IMG/VR virus record: IMGVR_UViG_3300026484_000402
Span: 1 to 64,000 of that record
Reading direction: 5' to 3' (one strand)
DNA length: 64,000 nucleotides
Source of the DNA: a virus
This document shows, piece after piece, positions 46,759 through 56,726 of the stretch. The notes beneath the pieces are model-generated. The model was given only the letters and a program-made list of their open reading frames with translations. It ran no database searches and had not been told where the DNA came from. The stretch's first letter is position 1, and each line of letters begins with the position of its first letter. The translations under genes were made by a program, and so were the position numbers.

Positions 46759-47016
46759 ATGATTGTTCCTATGTATGACAATATATGTTGTAAAAGAATA
46801 GGTGACGACAAGAAAACTGCGTCAGGAGTAATAAGAGGAATTTCAAAAGAAAAACCGTTAATTGTAAAAGTTATATCCGTAGGCGATGAAATAAAAGAAG
46901 TGCAGCCTGATGATATTCTTTTAATAAATAAATACTCCGGAGTTGAAATGGAGATAGAGAAAGAATTACTGCTTTTTATAAAACCAACAGATATATTAGC
47001 AAAAATAAAAGGATAA
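46759..47016 (+). CDS. groES: Co-chaperonin GroES
   Basis: PMYDNI, KTASG mobile loop, KEKPL, KYSGVE, DILAKI. Confidence 0.9.
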   Translation: MIVPMYDNICCKRIGDDKKTASGVIRGISKEKPLIVKVISVGDEIKEVQPDDILLINKYSGVEMEIEKELLLFIKPTDILAKIKG

Positions 47017-47019
47017 AAA

Positions 47020-47598
47020 ATGGCATTAGATTTAGAACAATTGGCAGAAGAATCAACTGAGACAACAGAAACACCAAAAAACAATGAACATTCTGAAAAC
47101 GTTAAAGAAAAAACAAAAGAAAAAAAATCTATTTTTGATGAGGCGTCTCAAATATTGGAATTACCTTTTGAGGTTGCTATGCAAAATCTAAAAGTTAGTG
47201 AAGAGGATATACTAGAAGCGGGAAAACAGTTGTTTATTAATGGTAATTTCGAATATAAGTTAAAACTACCTTTTGGAATGGAAGTGATTCTAAAAAGTAA
47301 AAAAGCCCTTGATGAAGTAGATTACTATACCTTTCTGTATGATGCAATGCAAAAAGAACTAAGCATGGAAGAATTTAGATATATGTTAAACATAAGAAAC
47401 CTTGCTCACTGTATTGTTAAGCTTGGAGATAAAGATATGTCTAAGATGACTTTTGATGAAAAGGTTGATTATTTACTATCATTACCATCACCATTGATAG
47501 CTTCAATTTTAAATCAGACCCAAAAATTTTGGAGTTTAATGTTGTTAATGATGCATAAAGATTTTGTGGGTTTTTTAATGGAAAAAGAGGGGCAGTAA
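47020..47598 (+). CDS. Tail assembly chaperone (G-like)
   Basis: Acidic N-terminus; G GGT TTT slippery site near the 3' end. Confidence 0.65.
   Translation: MALDLEQLAEESTETTETPKNNEHSENVKEKTKEKKSIFDEASQILELPFEVAMQNLKVSEEDILEAGKQLFINGNFEYKLKLPFGMEVILKSKKALDEVDYYTFLYDAMQKELSMEEFRYMLNIRNLAHCIVKLGDKDMSKMTFDEKVDYLLSLPSPLIASILNQTQKFWSLMLLMMHKDFVGFLMEKEGQ
47568..47574 (+). other. -1 programmed ribosomal frameshift site G GGT TTT
   Basis: In-frame X XXY YYZ heptamer; the -1 frame is open from 47559 to 47843. Confidence 0.75.
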
Positions 47599-47843
47599 TA
47601 TACTGGGCGTTAAAGCGTCTAGACAAAATGGATTCCCCTCCAGATGACGCTTTAGAAAATTTGGTTTTTGAGCAGTTAATATATTTGAAAAAATATTCCA
47701 AATTTTTAGAAATTATAATTCCTACACGTTTAATAGAAAAAGCTATAATGTTGCCTAACGTAAAAGAAGAGTTTAGAAAAGATTTAGAAGAACAATCTCA
47801 AGAGAATTTAAAAGAACTGATAAAAGGACTAATAATTGATTAA
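47568..47843 (+). CDS. Frameshift extension (T-like) of the tail chaperone
   Basis: The -1 frame reads GFFNGKRGAVIYWALKRLDK-MDSPP...; the 47628 ATG lacks an obvious SD. Confidence 0.65.
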   Translation, partial: GFFNGKRGAVIYWALKRLDKMDSPPDDALENLVFEQLIYLKKYSKFLEIIIPTRLIEKAIMLPNVKEEFRKDLEEQSQENLKELIKGLIID

Positions 47844-49683
47844 GTTTGACAGGTACTCTCCGCTGGCAGAAGTTTTTAAAAACGAGTTCAATATTAAACC
47901 TTTTGATGTTCAATATTGTTTTGAAAAACATTTAATATTATATAAAAATAAATATTGGTTTGATACGGTTACTTCATTTATTAATTTTATTAAACCCAAA
48001 ATGGATATTGAATATTTTATAAATGAACACAAGACAATAATATCCCCTCTTGAAACTCTAAGAATGGAAGAATATAAGCAAAACCTAATCAATATAGATA
48101 AGATTATATCTCAAATACCGCATCAGGACAAAGGAAAAAATTACTTAATAGTTACAGAATCAACTTCTATTAACTTCAAAGATAAAACTGTAAAAATACC
48201 AAAATACGGAAGATTGTATTTTGAAAAAAACTTTGCAAACCAAACTACAGGTCTTTTTATTACAAATAAAAACGGTCAGATTTTATTTTATGTTAGAGCT
48301 GCTTCCTTGTTATCTAAACCATTAAATTTTGACTCAACAAAAATAAATAAAATATATTTTGACTACAATATGGATATAAATCAATTCACTAAAGAGGAAG
48401 ACACTATAGTTGTGAAACCAAATCAATTTTTATTACTTGAAGATATTGTTAAAAAAAATAAAAGAATAATAAAATTTTTTATGAGAGGAAAATTAACAGG
48501 AAAATTTTTATTAAAACATCAAGATATTATATGGGCAATGTATAGAAACTCTCCTGTAAATGGCGAATTAATTTACGATTCTATTTTATCAGGAGATTAT
48601 ACGCCTAATGAAATTACCCTAATAAAGAAAATGTTGTATGAGTTAGATATAACTAAATATATACATCCAAAATATTATAATGATTTTAGAAATTTAATTG
48701 TTTCTCTTCAAAGAAAAATTAACGAGAAAAAACAAATATACAAATTAACCAATAAATATATTATAGTTAGAGATTTTAAAACCATTAAAGAAAATAAAGC
48801 AAAATATCTTTTTGACGCTTTTTTTGATTATAAACATATTTCAAAAGATGAAATTTTAGTAAAATCAAAGACGTTAAAATTCAAACAAAAATTAACTCAC
48901 GCCAATATTCCTCAAGTTGCATTTAAAATAATGCAAAAAGTATCTCATACTGAGCTTTTTAATGAAATACGTGAATATGTATCAGAATCTTTTAAAATTC
49001 AATACGGGATGGAAATAGTTTTATTAAAACTTTTAAACAAACACAAACCTTTCTTTTTTGGTAATTTCAATAACACTTTTCATATGGTTGGTAAAAACGG
49101 GACATTAAAAATTATATATGATAAAAAAGTGGAATTAATTAAAGATGTTAAAAATCAAAAACAGTGGGTTAAATTCAACAATTTTAAAAGTTTTTATATT
49201 TATAAAACAGATTTATCCTTTAATTTAAATAGATTACTAGATTTTGTTAAACAAGCAACATATATTAAAAAACCTGTTATTATAGATAATATTTTAAAAT
49301 TAATTATTGCTGGACCAACTTATCATTTGTTTAATATTGATTTTGATTTTCCTTTGTATGTAAAGGAAGGATGGCATTCTAAAAAATTATTTCACTTATT
49401 AAACGCTAACGGGATAATTGACATTCCTTATCATAAAACGTCTTACAGTAATATTCACCCTTTTTATACCGACCATAGATTCGGTGTTTATAAAAATAAA
49501 GAGCTAGAAAAAAAAGCCAAAAGGATATACAGGGAAATAAAAAAAGAAGATATTAAAAATGCACAAATAAATTTTTTGTTACAAAGTATAAAAAATGGCC
49601 CTGAGGAATTTGATAAAAAGAAGTGGAAAGAATCTTTTGAGAAGACCTGGTCTTTTATTTTAGAAGAGGGAATAACGGTTTAA
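47836..49683 (+). CDS. Large basic hypothetical protein
   Basis: 615-aa ORF; no motif recognised. Confidence 0.7.
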   Translation: MIKFDRYSPLAEVFKNEFNIKPFDVQYCFEKHLILYKNKYWFDTVTSFINFIKPKMDIEYFINEHKTIISPLETLRMEEYKQNLINIDKIISQIPHQDKGKNYLIVTESTSINFKDKTVKIPKYGRLYFEKNFANQTTGLFITNKNGQILFYVRAASLLSKPLNFDSTKINKIYFDYNMDINQFTKEEDTIVVKPNQFLLLEDIVKKNKRIIKFFMRGKLTGKFLLKHQDIIWAMYRNSPVNGELIYDSILSGDYTPNEITLIKKMLYELDITKYIHPKYYNDFRNLIVSLQRKINEKKQIYKLTNKYIIVRDFKTIKENKAKYLFDAFFDYKHISKDEILVKSKTLKFKQKLTHANIPQVAFKIMQKVSHTELFNEIREYVSESFKIQYGMEIVLLKLLNKHKPFFFGNFNNTFHMVGKNGTLKIIYDKKVELIKDVKNQKQWVKFNNFKSFYIYKTDLSFNLNRLLDFVKQATYIKKPVIIDNILKLIIAGPTYHLFNIDFDFPLYVKEGWHSKKLFHLLNANGIIDIPYHKTSYSNIHPFYTDHRFGVYKNKELEKKAKRIYREIKKEDIKNAQINFLLQSIKNGPEEFDKKKWKESFEKTWSFILEEGITV

Positions 49684-50443
49684 TTCTAGCATCGTTTGAA
49701 GGAATTATTTGAGCTGTTATTTGTGTTGATGTTCTAACTCCTCCAATAGATGCTTCATTAGCGTTTTTTATTTCAAAAAACTCTCTTGTTGTTAAATCAA
49801 ACATTATACTACCTAATACAAAATCAAGCCTACTAAATGTAGTATATATAGCTAAATTGTAAAAGGTAATACCTTTATCTGTAATTACTTGTTGTGATTG
49901 TGTTTTTATTCTTCTAGCTTTAAAATAAATAGGGATATAATGGTTAATTTGCCCTGTTCCATTACACATTGAACAATTGGTAGATATTCTTTGCCCCAGG
50001 TCATCATCATAGCATTCTGGGCACGGTTGACTTTCCAAATTCTTTACAAATAATGCGCATTCAGTTCCAGAAATCGACCAAAGTCTTTCAAAGTCGAACA
50101 TTAACTTATTTACTATTCCATATAAATCTTTTCTTCCTTTTGGTTCTAATTTAAACGCTGAAGATGTTTCTACAACTTTACCATCTTTTAATAATTCGAA
50201 ATAAAAATCTTTATAAAAGATAAAATCAAATTCAATCATATTTACTTCAACTTCATAAATATCATCATCTTTTTTTATCAAAATATTATTCTTGGATTTA
50301 TCATTAATCAAATCGTATGAATCCATTTCTATTGTTGTGTTTTCAGTTTTCATTTTTAGAACAATGGTGTCGTATTCAGAATCTGTAATTATCTTAAACT
50401 CAAGATTCCCTGCTGTAATTAGTAATATTTTAATATCAATCAT
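49655..50443 (-). CDS. Putative neck/head-closure protein with Zn ribbon
   Basis: CPEC...CSMCNGTG; structural context. Confidence 0.45.
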   Translation of the reverse strand: MIDIKILLITAGNLEFKIITDSEYDTIVLKMKTENTTIEMDSYDLINDKSKNNILIKKDDDIYEVEVNMIEFDFIFYKDFYFELLKDGKVVETSSAFKLEPKGRKDLYGIVNKLMFDFERLWSISGTECALFVKNLESQPCPECYDDDLGQRISTNCSMCNGTGQINHYIPIYFKARRIKTQSQQVITDKGITFYNLAIYTTFSRLDFVLGSIMFDLTTREFFEIKNANEASIGGVRTSTQITAQIIPSNDARIKPLFPLLK

Positions 50444-50883
50444 AATGAAATACTTTCATCATTATATTTTATTTCATTATTTGTAATTTCAATGTTGTCT
50501 TTGTTTTCTGGAGAAACAATCACATTATCTCTATAAATTGAAATAGTGCCCTCTATTTTATCTGTTTTATATTTTATATTAGAGATATTAGAAGCTGCAT
50601 TCACAATTAAAGGGGTTTCTGAAATTTTATTATTTAAATCTACAAAAAAACTATTAATTAATTTTATATTTTCATTTAAAATAGGAATTATGTTTTCTAT
50701 CCTGTCTATTTTTTTCAATTCTATTATAGGCATTTCAAATCCTTTTTCTTTTATCTTGTTAATATAATAATTTATTGACAACTCTATATCATCTAACATA
50801 GAATTAACACTGTTTAAACTTAAACTATCTATAGAATTTATTTTTTTAAAAAACACTTTTAATTCAGCTATTATTGATACCAC
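50440..50883 (-). CDS. Hypothetical protein
   Basis: Overlaps neighbours in the operon. Confidence 0.55.
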   Translation of the reverse strand: MVSIIAELKVFFKKINSIDSLSLNSVNSMLDDIELSINYYINKIKEKGFEMPIIELKKIDRIENIIPILNENIKLINSFFVDLNNKISETPLIVNAASNISNIKYKTDKIEGTISIYRDNVIVSPENKDNIEITNNEIKYNDESISL

Positions 50884-51484
50884 TATAATCCCTTAATACT
50901 TTAATATATGCTTGTTTCATTTTGTCTTGTAATTCTTTTCGCTTAGAATAATATGTGGTTTTTGGTAGTCCCGTATATTTGTATGCTTTTTCAGGGCTCA
51001 TATTTTGTGTAATTGTATGCAATATTTTTTCCTCATCCTTAGAAAGTCCATGCAATAAATCTTTTGGATTAATGTTTATTTTAGAAGTATCAACTCCATG
51101 CACAATAGCTACGTGCTGATTATTTTCAAGTATATTTTTTACTTTAGATTCAGGTATTTTTAATTTTTTTGCAATATCGTATGTTGTTGGAGTGATATGC
51201 TTATAAGTTTTCATTTCTTTATAGGTATTAATAACTTTATTTTCTAAACTTTTAGAATATTCCGTGGTTTTTACTAATCCTCCTTTTGCTTGAGCTGCCC
51301 TACTCATTTTATTCATATATGATGCTAAATGAGTTTGAAATTGAGATTTATTAGGGTCATAAGTTTTCACCGCCTGATTATACAGTCTCTCAATATGAAA
51401 ATCCAACATAGCAGGAGAAAAATGTCCCTCATATTTAGTCTTATAATAAGACAATAATTTGTTTTTTTGTTTTTCATCTAACAC
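50864..51484 (-). CDS. Sigma70-like phage sigma factor
   Basis: Region 2 AVKTYDPNKSQFQTHL; region 3 PTTYDIAKKLKIPESKVKNIL; region 4-like LSKDEEKIL...GLPKTT. Confidence 0.7.
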   Translation of the reverse strand: MLDEKQKNKLLSYYKTKYEGHFSPAMLDFHIERLYNQAVKTYDPNKSQFQTHLASYMNKMSRAAQAKGGLVKTTEYSKSLENKVINTYKEMKTYKHITPTTYDIAKKLKIPESKVKNILENNQHVAIVHGVDTSKININPKDLLHGLSKDEEKILHTITQNMSPEKAYKYTGLPKTTYYSKRKELQDKMKQAYIKVLRDYSGINNS

Positions 51485-51485
51485 T

Positions 51486-52451
51486 TTACATCCTTGTAGC
51501 TACATCTTTATATGATTCCATTTTGTTGCGGTTATGATATCTATCATATAATACTCCTCCCGTCAAACCAACACCTATTGTATCATATATCATATTACTT
51601 TTGTGTTTGTCTATTTCTTTTGTTAATTTTTTATAATCGGGATGACTTTCAGCTAATTCACCATAATCTTTTTTAAGCTGCTCTAAATTTTTCATAGCAC
51701 CTCTATACCTTTGAAAACTGGTTATAATTGGAACATATGAAGCTCTTTTTTGTATCATATTAGGAATATTAGCAACATCATCAATATATGGAGTATATTT
51801 TAAAGCAGGATTCATTGTATTCTTTTCATTTGTTTCTTTTTGTTGTTTTTTCTTATGTAAATAATATGAAATTGCAGGAATAGCAGACAATCCCAGACCA
51901 ATCAGGTTACTTCCTTTTAAAAATCTGCTAAATTTACTCATTTTTATAGTAGGGTTAAAAGCTTTAAATCCCTCCCCTATTTCTTTAACACCTCTTTTTA
52001 GATGTTCGGCAGGATTAAAGGCATGTTTTAGATTTTTAAATAATTCAGCCTTATGTTTAGAATTAATAATTTTTTTACCGGCATCCATTCCATGCATCAT
52101 AGCCCCAAACGAATATACACTTCCTGCAGCAGCTGGAGCATATATCATTCCTGCATGTAGCAAACTTGGTTTATCATCTTCTCTCATATATTTTTCTCTT
52201 AAAGCTTGTGATGCCTCATTCCCTGCATAAGAAGCTGCAGCTCCAGTTATACCTCCTGCAAATCCTCCAGCAAGCCCCCCTCCTATATTTTTAGCTATCC
52301 CCTTTATTTTACTTGTGTTTTTGTCTATTTTATCAAAAGCACTCATAGTGCCAGTAAGGGCGGTATTAATTAGTGTGTCATTTTTTATTTGCTCATATGG
52401 ATTTTTTTTATTTATTTGTTGTACATTATTATATTGTTGTATCTCTGACAT
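51486..52451 (-). CDS. Multi-glycine-zipper putative internal virion protein
   Basis: IGGGLAGGFAGGITGAAA, LIGLGLSAI and IGVGLTGGV; internal QKRAS site. Confidence 0.6.
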   Translation of the reverse strand: MSEIQQYNNVQQINKKNPYEQIKNDTLINTALTGTMSAFDKIDKNTSKIKGIAKNIGGGLAGGFAGGITGAAASYAGNEASQALREKYMREDDKPSLLHAGMIYAPAAAGSVYSFGAMMHGMDAGKKIINSKHKAELFKNLKHAFNPAEHLKRGVKEIGEGFKAFNPTIKMSKFSRFLKGSNLIGLGLSAIPAISYYLHKKKQQKETNEKNTMNPALKYTPYIDDVANIPNMIQKRASYVPIITSFQRYRGAMKNLEQLKKDYGELAESHPDYKKLTKEIDKHKSNMIYDTIGVGLTGGVLYDRYHNRNKMESYKDVATRM

Positions 52452-52464
52452 TTGTCTGCTCCTA

Positions 52465-52758
52465 TTAATATTGTGCTTTTATTTTATAATATGTGTTAAT
52501 TATAACACCATTATTATTAATTGTAAACCATCCATAATATGTAGTAGGTCTTGTTAGAAAATCATTAGTATTATATACAAAAATTATTTTATTCCCGTTT
52601 ATCGATTGTGGAGAAACTTCTTTTATTTTGTCACTTAAACCCTGTGCCATATTCTTTCTATAAAGGGTTAATTTAATATTAGATGCATTGGGAGATAGAT
52701 TATCTATTTCCACATTTAATGTTACAGTATCTCTAACTTTATGTTTAAATATAATCAT
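52465..52758 (-). CDS. Small Ig-like putative baseplate/tail protein
   Basis: RDTVTLNVEI...TYYGWFTI beta-sandwich pattern. Confidence 0.4.
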   Translation of the reverse strand: MIIFKHKVRDTVTLNVEIDNLSPNASNIKLTLYRKNMAQGLSDKIKEVSPQSINGNKIIFVYNTNDFLTRPTTYYGWFTINNNGVIINTYYKIKAQY

Positions 52759-52768
52759 ATTTATCTCC

Positions 52769-54547
52769 TTATTTCCCTATTTTCTTGGTTTCAATAATTT
52801 TTCCGTATTTATCTTTAATTGTCATTATTCCAACATTTGAATTGTCATTGGATAGATTTCCACTATATGTTATATTTCCATTTTTATCTGTTATCGTTAT
52901 ATGATTATCGTTTGATTGGTTTTTTAGTTCATTTGATAAATCTTGCTTTGATATAATGTTGCCATTTTTATCTTTAATTATAAGACTATTTGCAATAGTG
53001 TCATTTTTTCTATCGTCTGGTTTTATTTTATCTATGATATTACCATCTTTATCTTCAATTATCAACGTTTCTAAATCAGATTCATTGTCTTTATAATTTA
53101 ATATATCATTATATATCACATCTCCATCTTTGTCTTTTATAATCAAGCATCCACCATATTGAGACTCTGTATTGTTTTCTGACACTTCTTTATCTATTTC
53201 TTTTTCTATGTCAGTTAGGGTTATTTTAATAAAATCATCTTTTAGTTCTGTGCATAATAAATTTGAAACAACCTCAATTCCATCTGATGTAGGTATAAAT
53301 TGCACACTAGTTGAAAGCACTAATAAATCAACTTGATTTATTTCTAATTGTTTATATTCTTCATAATTAAAATCGTTATATTTTTCTAAAACAAAATTAT
53401 CTTCGGGAGCTACATTAACTACAGAATATACCGGGGCTATTCCTACTATGGAAACATTTGTTGAGACTGTATTAATTCTATTTTTTAGACTTGATATATA
53501 TTTTAAATAAGCTAGCAACAGTGAACTGCCTTTATATTCTGAATCAGCAGAAGAATTATCTTTTTTAGCTTTTAGTCCTAAAATCTTACTTTTGTTTATT
53601 TCCAGTGGTTCTTTTTGTTTTTTCTCTTTTATTTTTACATCAACATTCGTAAAAAACGACATTAAAGGTGATGAGATTGAATATTGATAATTTCCTCCTA
53701 TAGCAGTTGAATGGCTTAAATTTGTATCTTTTAAAAACGAAATTACGTGCTTATTTGCCCAGTCGTCATATTTTATAGAACCATTAAATGGATTAGCACT
53801 TGAAATTCCCCCTTCATTATCTAAAGTGTAACTAATAAAGGTGATGTTTTTTGAATAATCTACAGTTTCATTCAATGATAGCACAGATTCAACATTGCTA
53901 GGAATGCCGTTATCTTTAGAGAACAATTCTTCTAGAGTATACATAGTAAAAGATGGTTGCGCCATATCTAAATCAACTGGGAAATCTTGAACTATTCTTA
54001 ATCCCATATTCTGATATAAAACATTTAAGATTTCGTTTACATTTATATATGAATTAATCATATTAAATAACATTTTAACTGAATTTGGGTTTATTGTTAA
54101 TTTGTTTAAAATAAAATTATCAGTATCTTTTAGCATTTTTGATTTTTTTATAAAAATCTTATCAGTATCTTCAAGTTTTTCTGCTTTATAAACCAAATTT
54201 AACAATTGATTTATTAGGTCTACCGGAGACAAAACAATATTTGCATCTGCTGTAATAATTTGTAGAAAATCAGCAGAATTTATAACTGGAATATCTGTAA
54301 TTTTTGAGAGAGTAGATATTGGGTAATTTCTATTCATATATACAAATAATTTAGGGATTAAAACAGAAGTAGTTCCTATATTTGATGAACTAACTTGGGA
54401 AATCCCTTTTGTTTCTATCCAACCAATATTGTTACTAATTTCAGGCTTTGATACATATGTTTTTGATATAGAATAAAAAGTACTTATTTGCGCATTAAAA
54501 CTATTAATTGAAAGCTGAGTTAAATTTTCAAAATATTTTAAATTCAT
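52769..54547 (-). CDS. Putative tail/baseplate protein with C-terminal IxDKxG repeats
   Basis: 592 aa; five C-terminal repeats. Confidence 0.5.
   Translation of the reverse strand: MNLKYFENLTQLSINSFNAQISTFYSISKTYVSKPEISNNIGWIETKGISQVSSSNIGTTSVLIPKLFVYMNRNYPISTLSKITDIPVINSADFLQIITADANIVLSPVDLINQLLNLVYKAEKLEDTDKIFIKKSKMLKDTDNFILNKLTINPNSVKMLFNMINSYINVNEILNVLYQNMGLRIVQDFPVDLDMAQPSFTMYTLEELFSKDNGIPSNVESVLSLNETVDYSKNITFISYTLDNEGGISSANPFNGSIKYDDWANKHVISFLKDTNLSHSTAIGGNYQYSISSPLMSFFTNVDVKIKEKKQKEPLEINKSKILGLKAKKDNSSADSEYKGSSLLLAYLKYISSLKNRINTVSTNVSIVGIAPVYSVVNVAPEDNFVLEKYNDFNYEEYKQLEINQVDLLVLSTSVQFIPTSDGIEVVSNLLCTELKDDFIKITLTDIEKEIDKEVSENNTESQYGGCLIIKDKDGDVIYNDILNYKDNESDLETLIIEDKDGNIIDKIKPDDRKNDTIANSLIIKDKNGNIISKQDLSNELKNQSNDNHITITDKNGNITYSGNLSNDNSNVGIMTIKDKYGKIIETKKIGK
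52790..53147 (-). repeat. Five ~27-aa protein repeats with core (L/I/M)xI(K/E/T)DKxGxII
   Basis: LIIKDKDGDVI, LIIEDKDGNII, LIIKDKNGNII, ITITDKNGNIT, MTIKDKYGKII. Confidence 0.8.
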
Positions 54548-54554
54548 AATTCAC

Positions 54555-56024
54555 CTAAAATAAATAAGTTTTTTCAGCTGCTATATTAATTCCGTTATTA
54601 ATATTTACAGCCTTACAAGGCAACTCATTGTTTACACATATAGGAGATGTAAAGAAATAATTATCATCATCCAAAAAAGAAACTTTATTACTTAAAATAT
54701 TCAAAAATTCTAAATTTGAAACTAAAATTCCAGCGTTCATATTGTTAAATAAAGTGACAAGCAAATTAACGTTTGCTAATGTTGCAGGAATTCCTGAAAT
54801 CGGTTCAATAAAAGAATATAGAACATCATCACAATATTTGTTTAATCGTCTAGATGTTATTAAATATATAAAAAGTTCCGTATATATTTTTTCAGTATTT
54901 GGTTCAGTTAAATCAGCATATTTTAGATAATCGAATAAATTTGAATTTACACTTTCTGTCGCAGCGTTTGTTGAGTGTTCAGAGTATCTGTTTTTAAAAA
55001 ATTCATTTCTTTCTTGGTACATCTTTTTAAAGAGAGATTCAAACGAATCACTAGTCTGAATTAACTTATATAAATAATCCATATATTTTCCGGTAAAAGT
55101 ATTGTTTTTAGTTAAATAGTTTTTGGCATCCATATTTATTTTTAACGATTCTTGTTTACTAATTTTAAATGTTCCTAATTTAGCTAAAAAAGCTGAATGA
55201 GATATTACAGAATTTAATTCTGTCGAATCAATTACTGTTAATTGTTTTAAATTATTTAAATTTTTTAGAATTACTTCATTAGATATTGCTGTATCTGTAA
55301 TAACTGAATTTAAATCACTTAATAAAAATGTTTTTATATTTGAAAATTCGACAACAGTATCTGTATTTGATAAGCTAAAAGATGAATCTAACACAGAAAA
55401 AATGTTGGTATTTATACTTTTTAAAACATTAACATACATATTTTTATTCTGTTTGTTTATAGATGATAAGATATTTCCAATTCCAATATTAACAATACTG
55501 TCATCTGTGAATTGTTCTAATTTTTTAGAGAATATCTTAAATTTTATAGTTTTATCGTTTTTTATATAATAATTGTTTTTAAACCATTCAAATGATGGTA
55601 TTTGAGCGTCTTTAAAATCGGAAGAGCTTATTTCATCTGTATATGTAAATTCAAACTCATTTATTTGTGATAATTCGGCAAATGTTTTTGATAATTCAGC
55701 AATTAATTTATCTACATTATCAACAAGAAAAACAGTATTGTTTTTAATGCGTGAATAATCACATTCTATATCGTTGTTAAATAATTTTATTTTTATATCA
55801 GTTAAAGCAGACCATGTATTATCTTCGGGAACAACTTTAAGCCCTCCTCCTATTTGTATTTGTTCAATAGAGGATGAAAACACAGGAACGGGCATTATTG
55901 TTTTTTTTCTGCTTTCAAGATAATTATTTACAAAATCCTGCAACGTTTCATCAATATAAGTAGTGGAGGTGTCTATATAATCTATTATAGATTTGTAATA
56001 ATCAAAATCAAAAGTTACATTCAT
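54555..56024 (-). CDS. Hypothetical (putative structural) protein
   Basis: 489-aa ORF in the structural operon. Confidence 0.6.
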   Translation of the reverse strand: MNVTFDFDYYKSIIDYIDTSTTYIDETLQDFVNNYLESRKKTIMPVPVFSSSIEQIQIGGGLKVVPEDNTWSALTDIKIKLFNNDIECDYSRIKNNTVFLVDNVDKLIAELSKTFAELSQINEFEFTYTDEISSSDFKDAQIPSFEWFKNNYYIKNDKTIKFKIFSKKLEQFTDDSIVNIGIGNILSSINKQNKNMYVNVLKSINTNIFSVLDSSFSLSNTDTVVEFSNIKTFLLSDLNSVITDTAISNEVILKNLNNLKQLTVIDSTELNSVISHSAFLAKLGTFKISKQESLKINMDAKNYLTKNNTFTGKYMDYLYKLIQTSDSFESLFKKMYQERNEFFKNRYSEHSTNAATESVNSNLFDYLKYADLTEPNTEKIYTELFIYLITSRRLNKYCDDVLYSFIEPISGIPATLANVNLLVTLFNNMNAGILVSNLEFLNILSNKVSFLDDDNYFFTSPICVNNELPCKAVNINNGINIAAEKTYLF

Positions 56025-56036
56025 ATCGATTCCTTA

Positions 56037-56726
56037 TCATACATATTTAAGTGCATGTTTTTTTATATCAAAATTACCATATTCTAATTCGCTAACGGCC
56101 TCGTCATAAAGTTTTCTATCAAGACCAGGAAATGGTAATTTTTCTTTCAAAATATCTTTTGCTGCTATATTGCCATCATAATCATAAAGCTCTATTTTAG
56201 AACTGCCAGGCCTTAAAGTAAACCAATTATTTTTTTTAAAATCACAAACAAAATAGAACCCAGCTTTATTCTTAACTATAAATTTTTCTTTGGCAGTCCC
56301 AACAGCCAAATATATGTCTACTTTTTTAGGATTAATAGCTACAAGCCCTTTTGTAACAGGTTGAACTTCATCAGACCCTTCTTCATAGCCACCTATGTCT
56401 CTTTTATAACATACTGAACTAACCTCTACTCCTACATTAAATTTTTCATGGATAAACAATTTACCATCAACTAATTCAATAGGGTATGTAGATATAAAAA
56501 TGCCTATATTTTTATTTGACGACATTTGTTCTTCCGTCATCATTAAGAGTCTTTTTTTGTCATCCCATTTAACACCTACATAAAAGAGATGCTGATTTTC
56601 ATAGGTAACTTTTCTATTGTCTATTACTCCTATATCCATTCTGCCTTTTACTGTTAAGGCAATTCCAGAAGGTATGTTTTTTTCTTTTTTACTCAATTGC
56701 GCATTAAAGATTACTTTAGCCATCAA
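56037..56726 (-). CDS. Hypothetical protein
   Basis: Operon packing. Confidence 0.65.
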   Translation of the reverse strand: MMAKVIFNAQLSKKEKNIPSGIALTVKGRMDIGVIDNRKVTYENQHLFYVGVKWDDKKRLLMMTEEQMSSNKNIGIFISTYPIELVDGKLFIHEKFNVGVEVSSVCYKRDIGGYEEGSDEVQPVTKGLVAINPKKVDIYLAVGTAKEKFIVKNKAGFYFVCDFKKNNWFTLRPGSSKIELYDYDGNIAAKDILKEKLPFPGLDRKLYDEAVSELEYGNFDIKKHALKYV

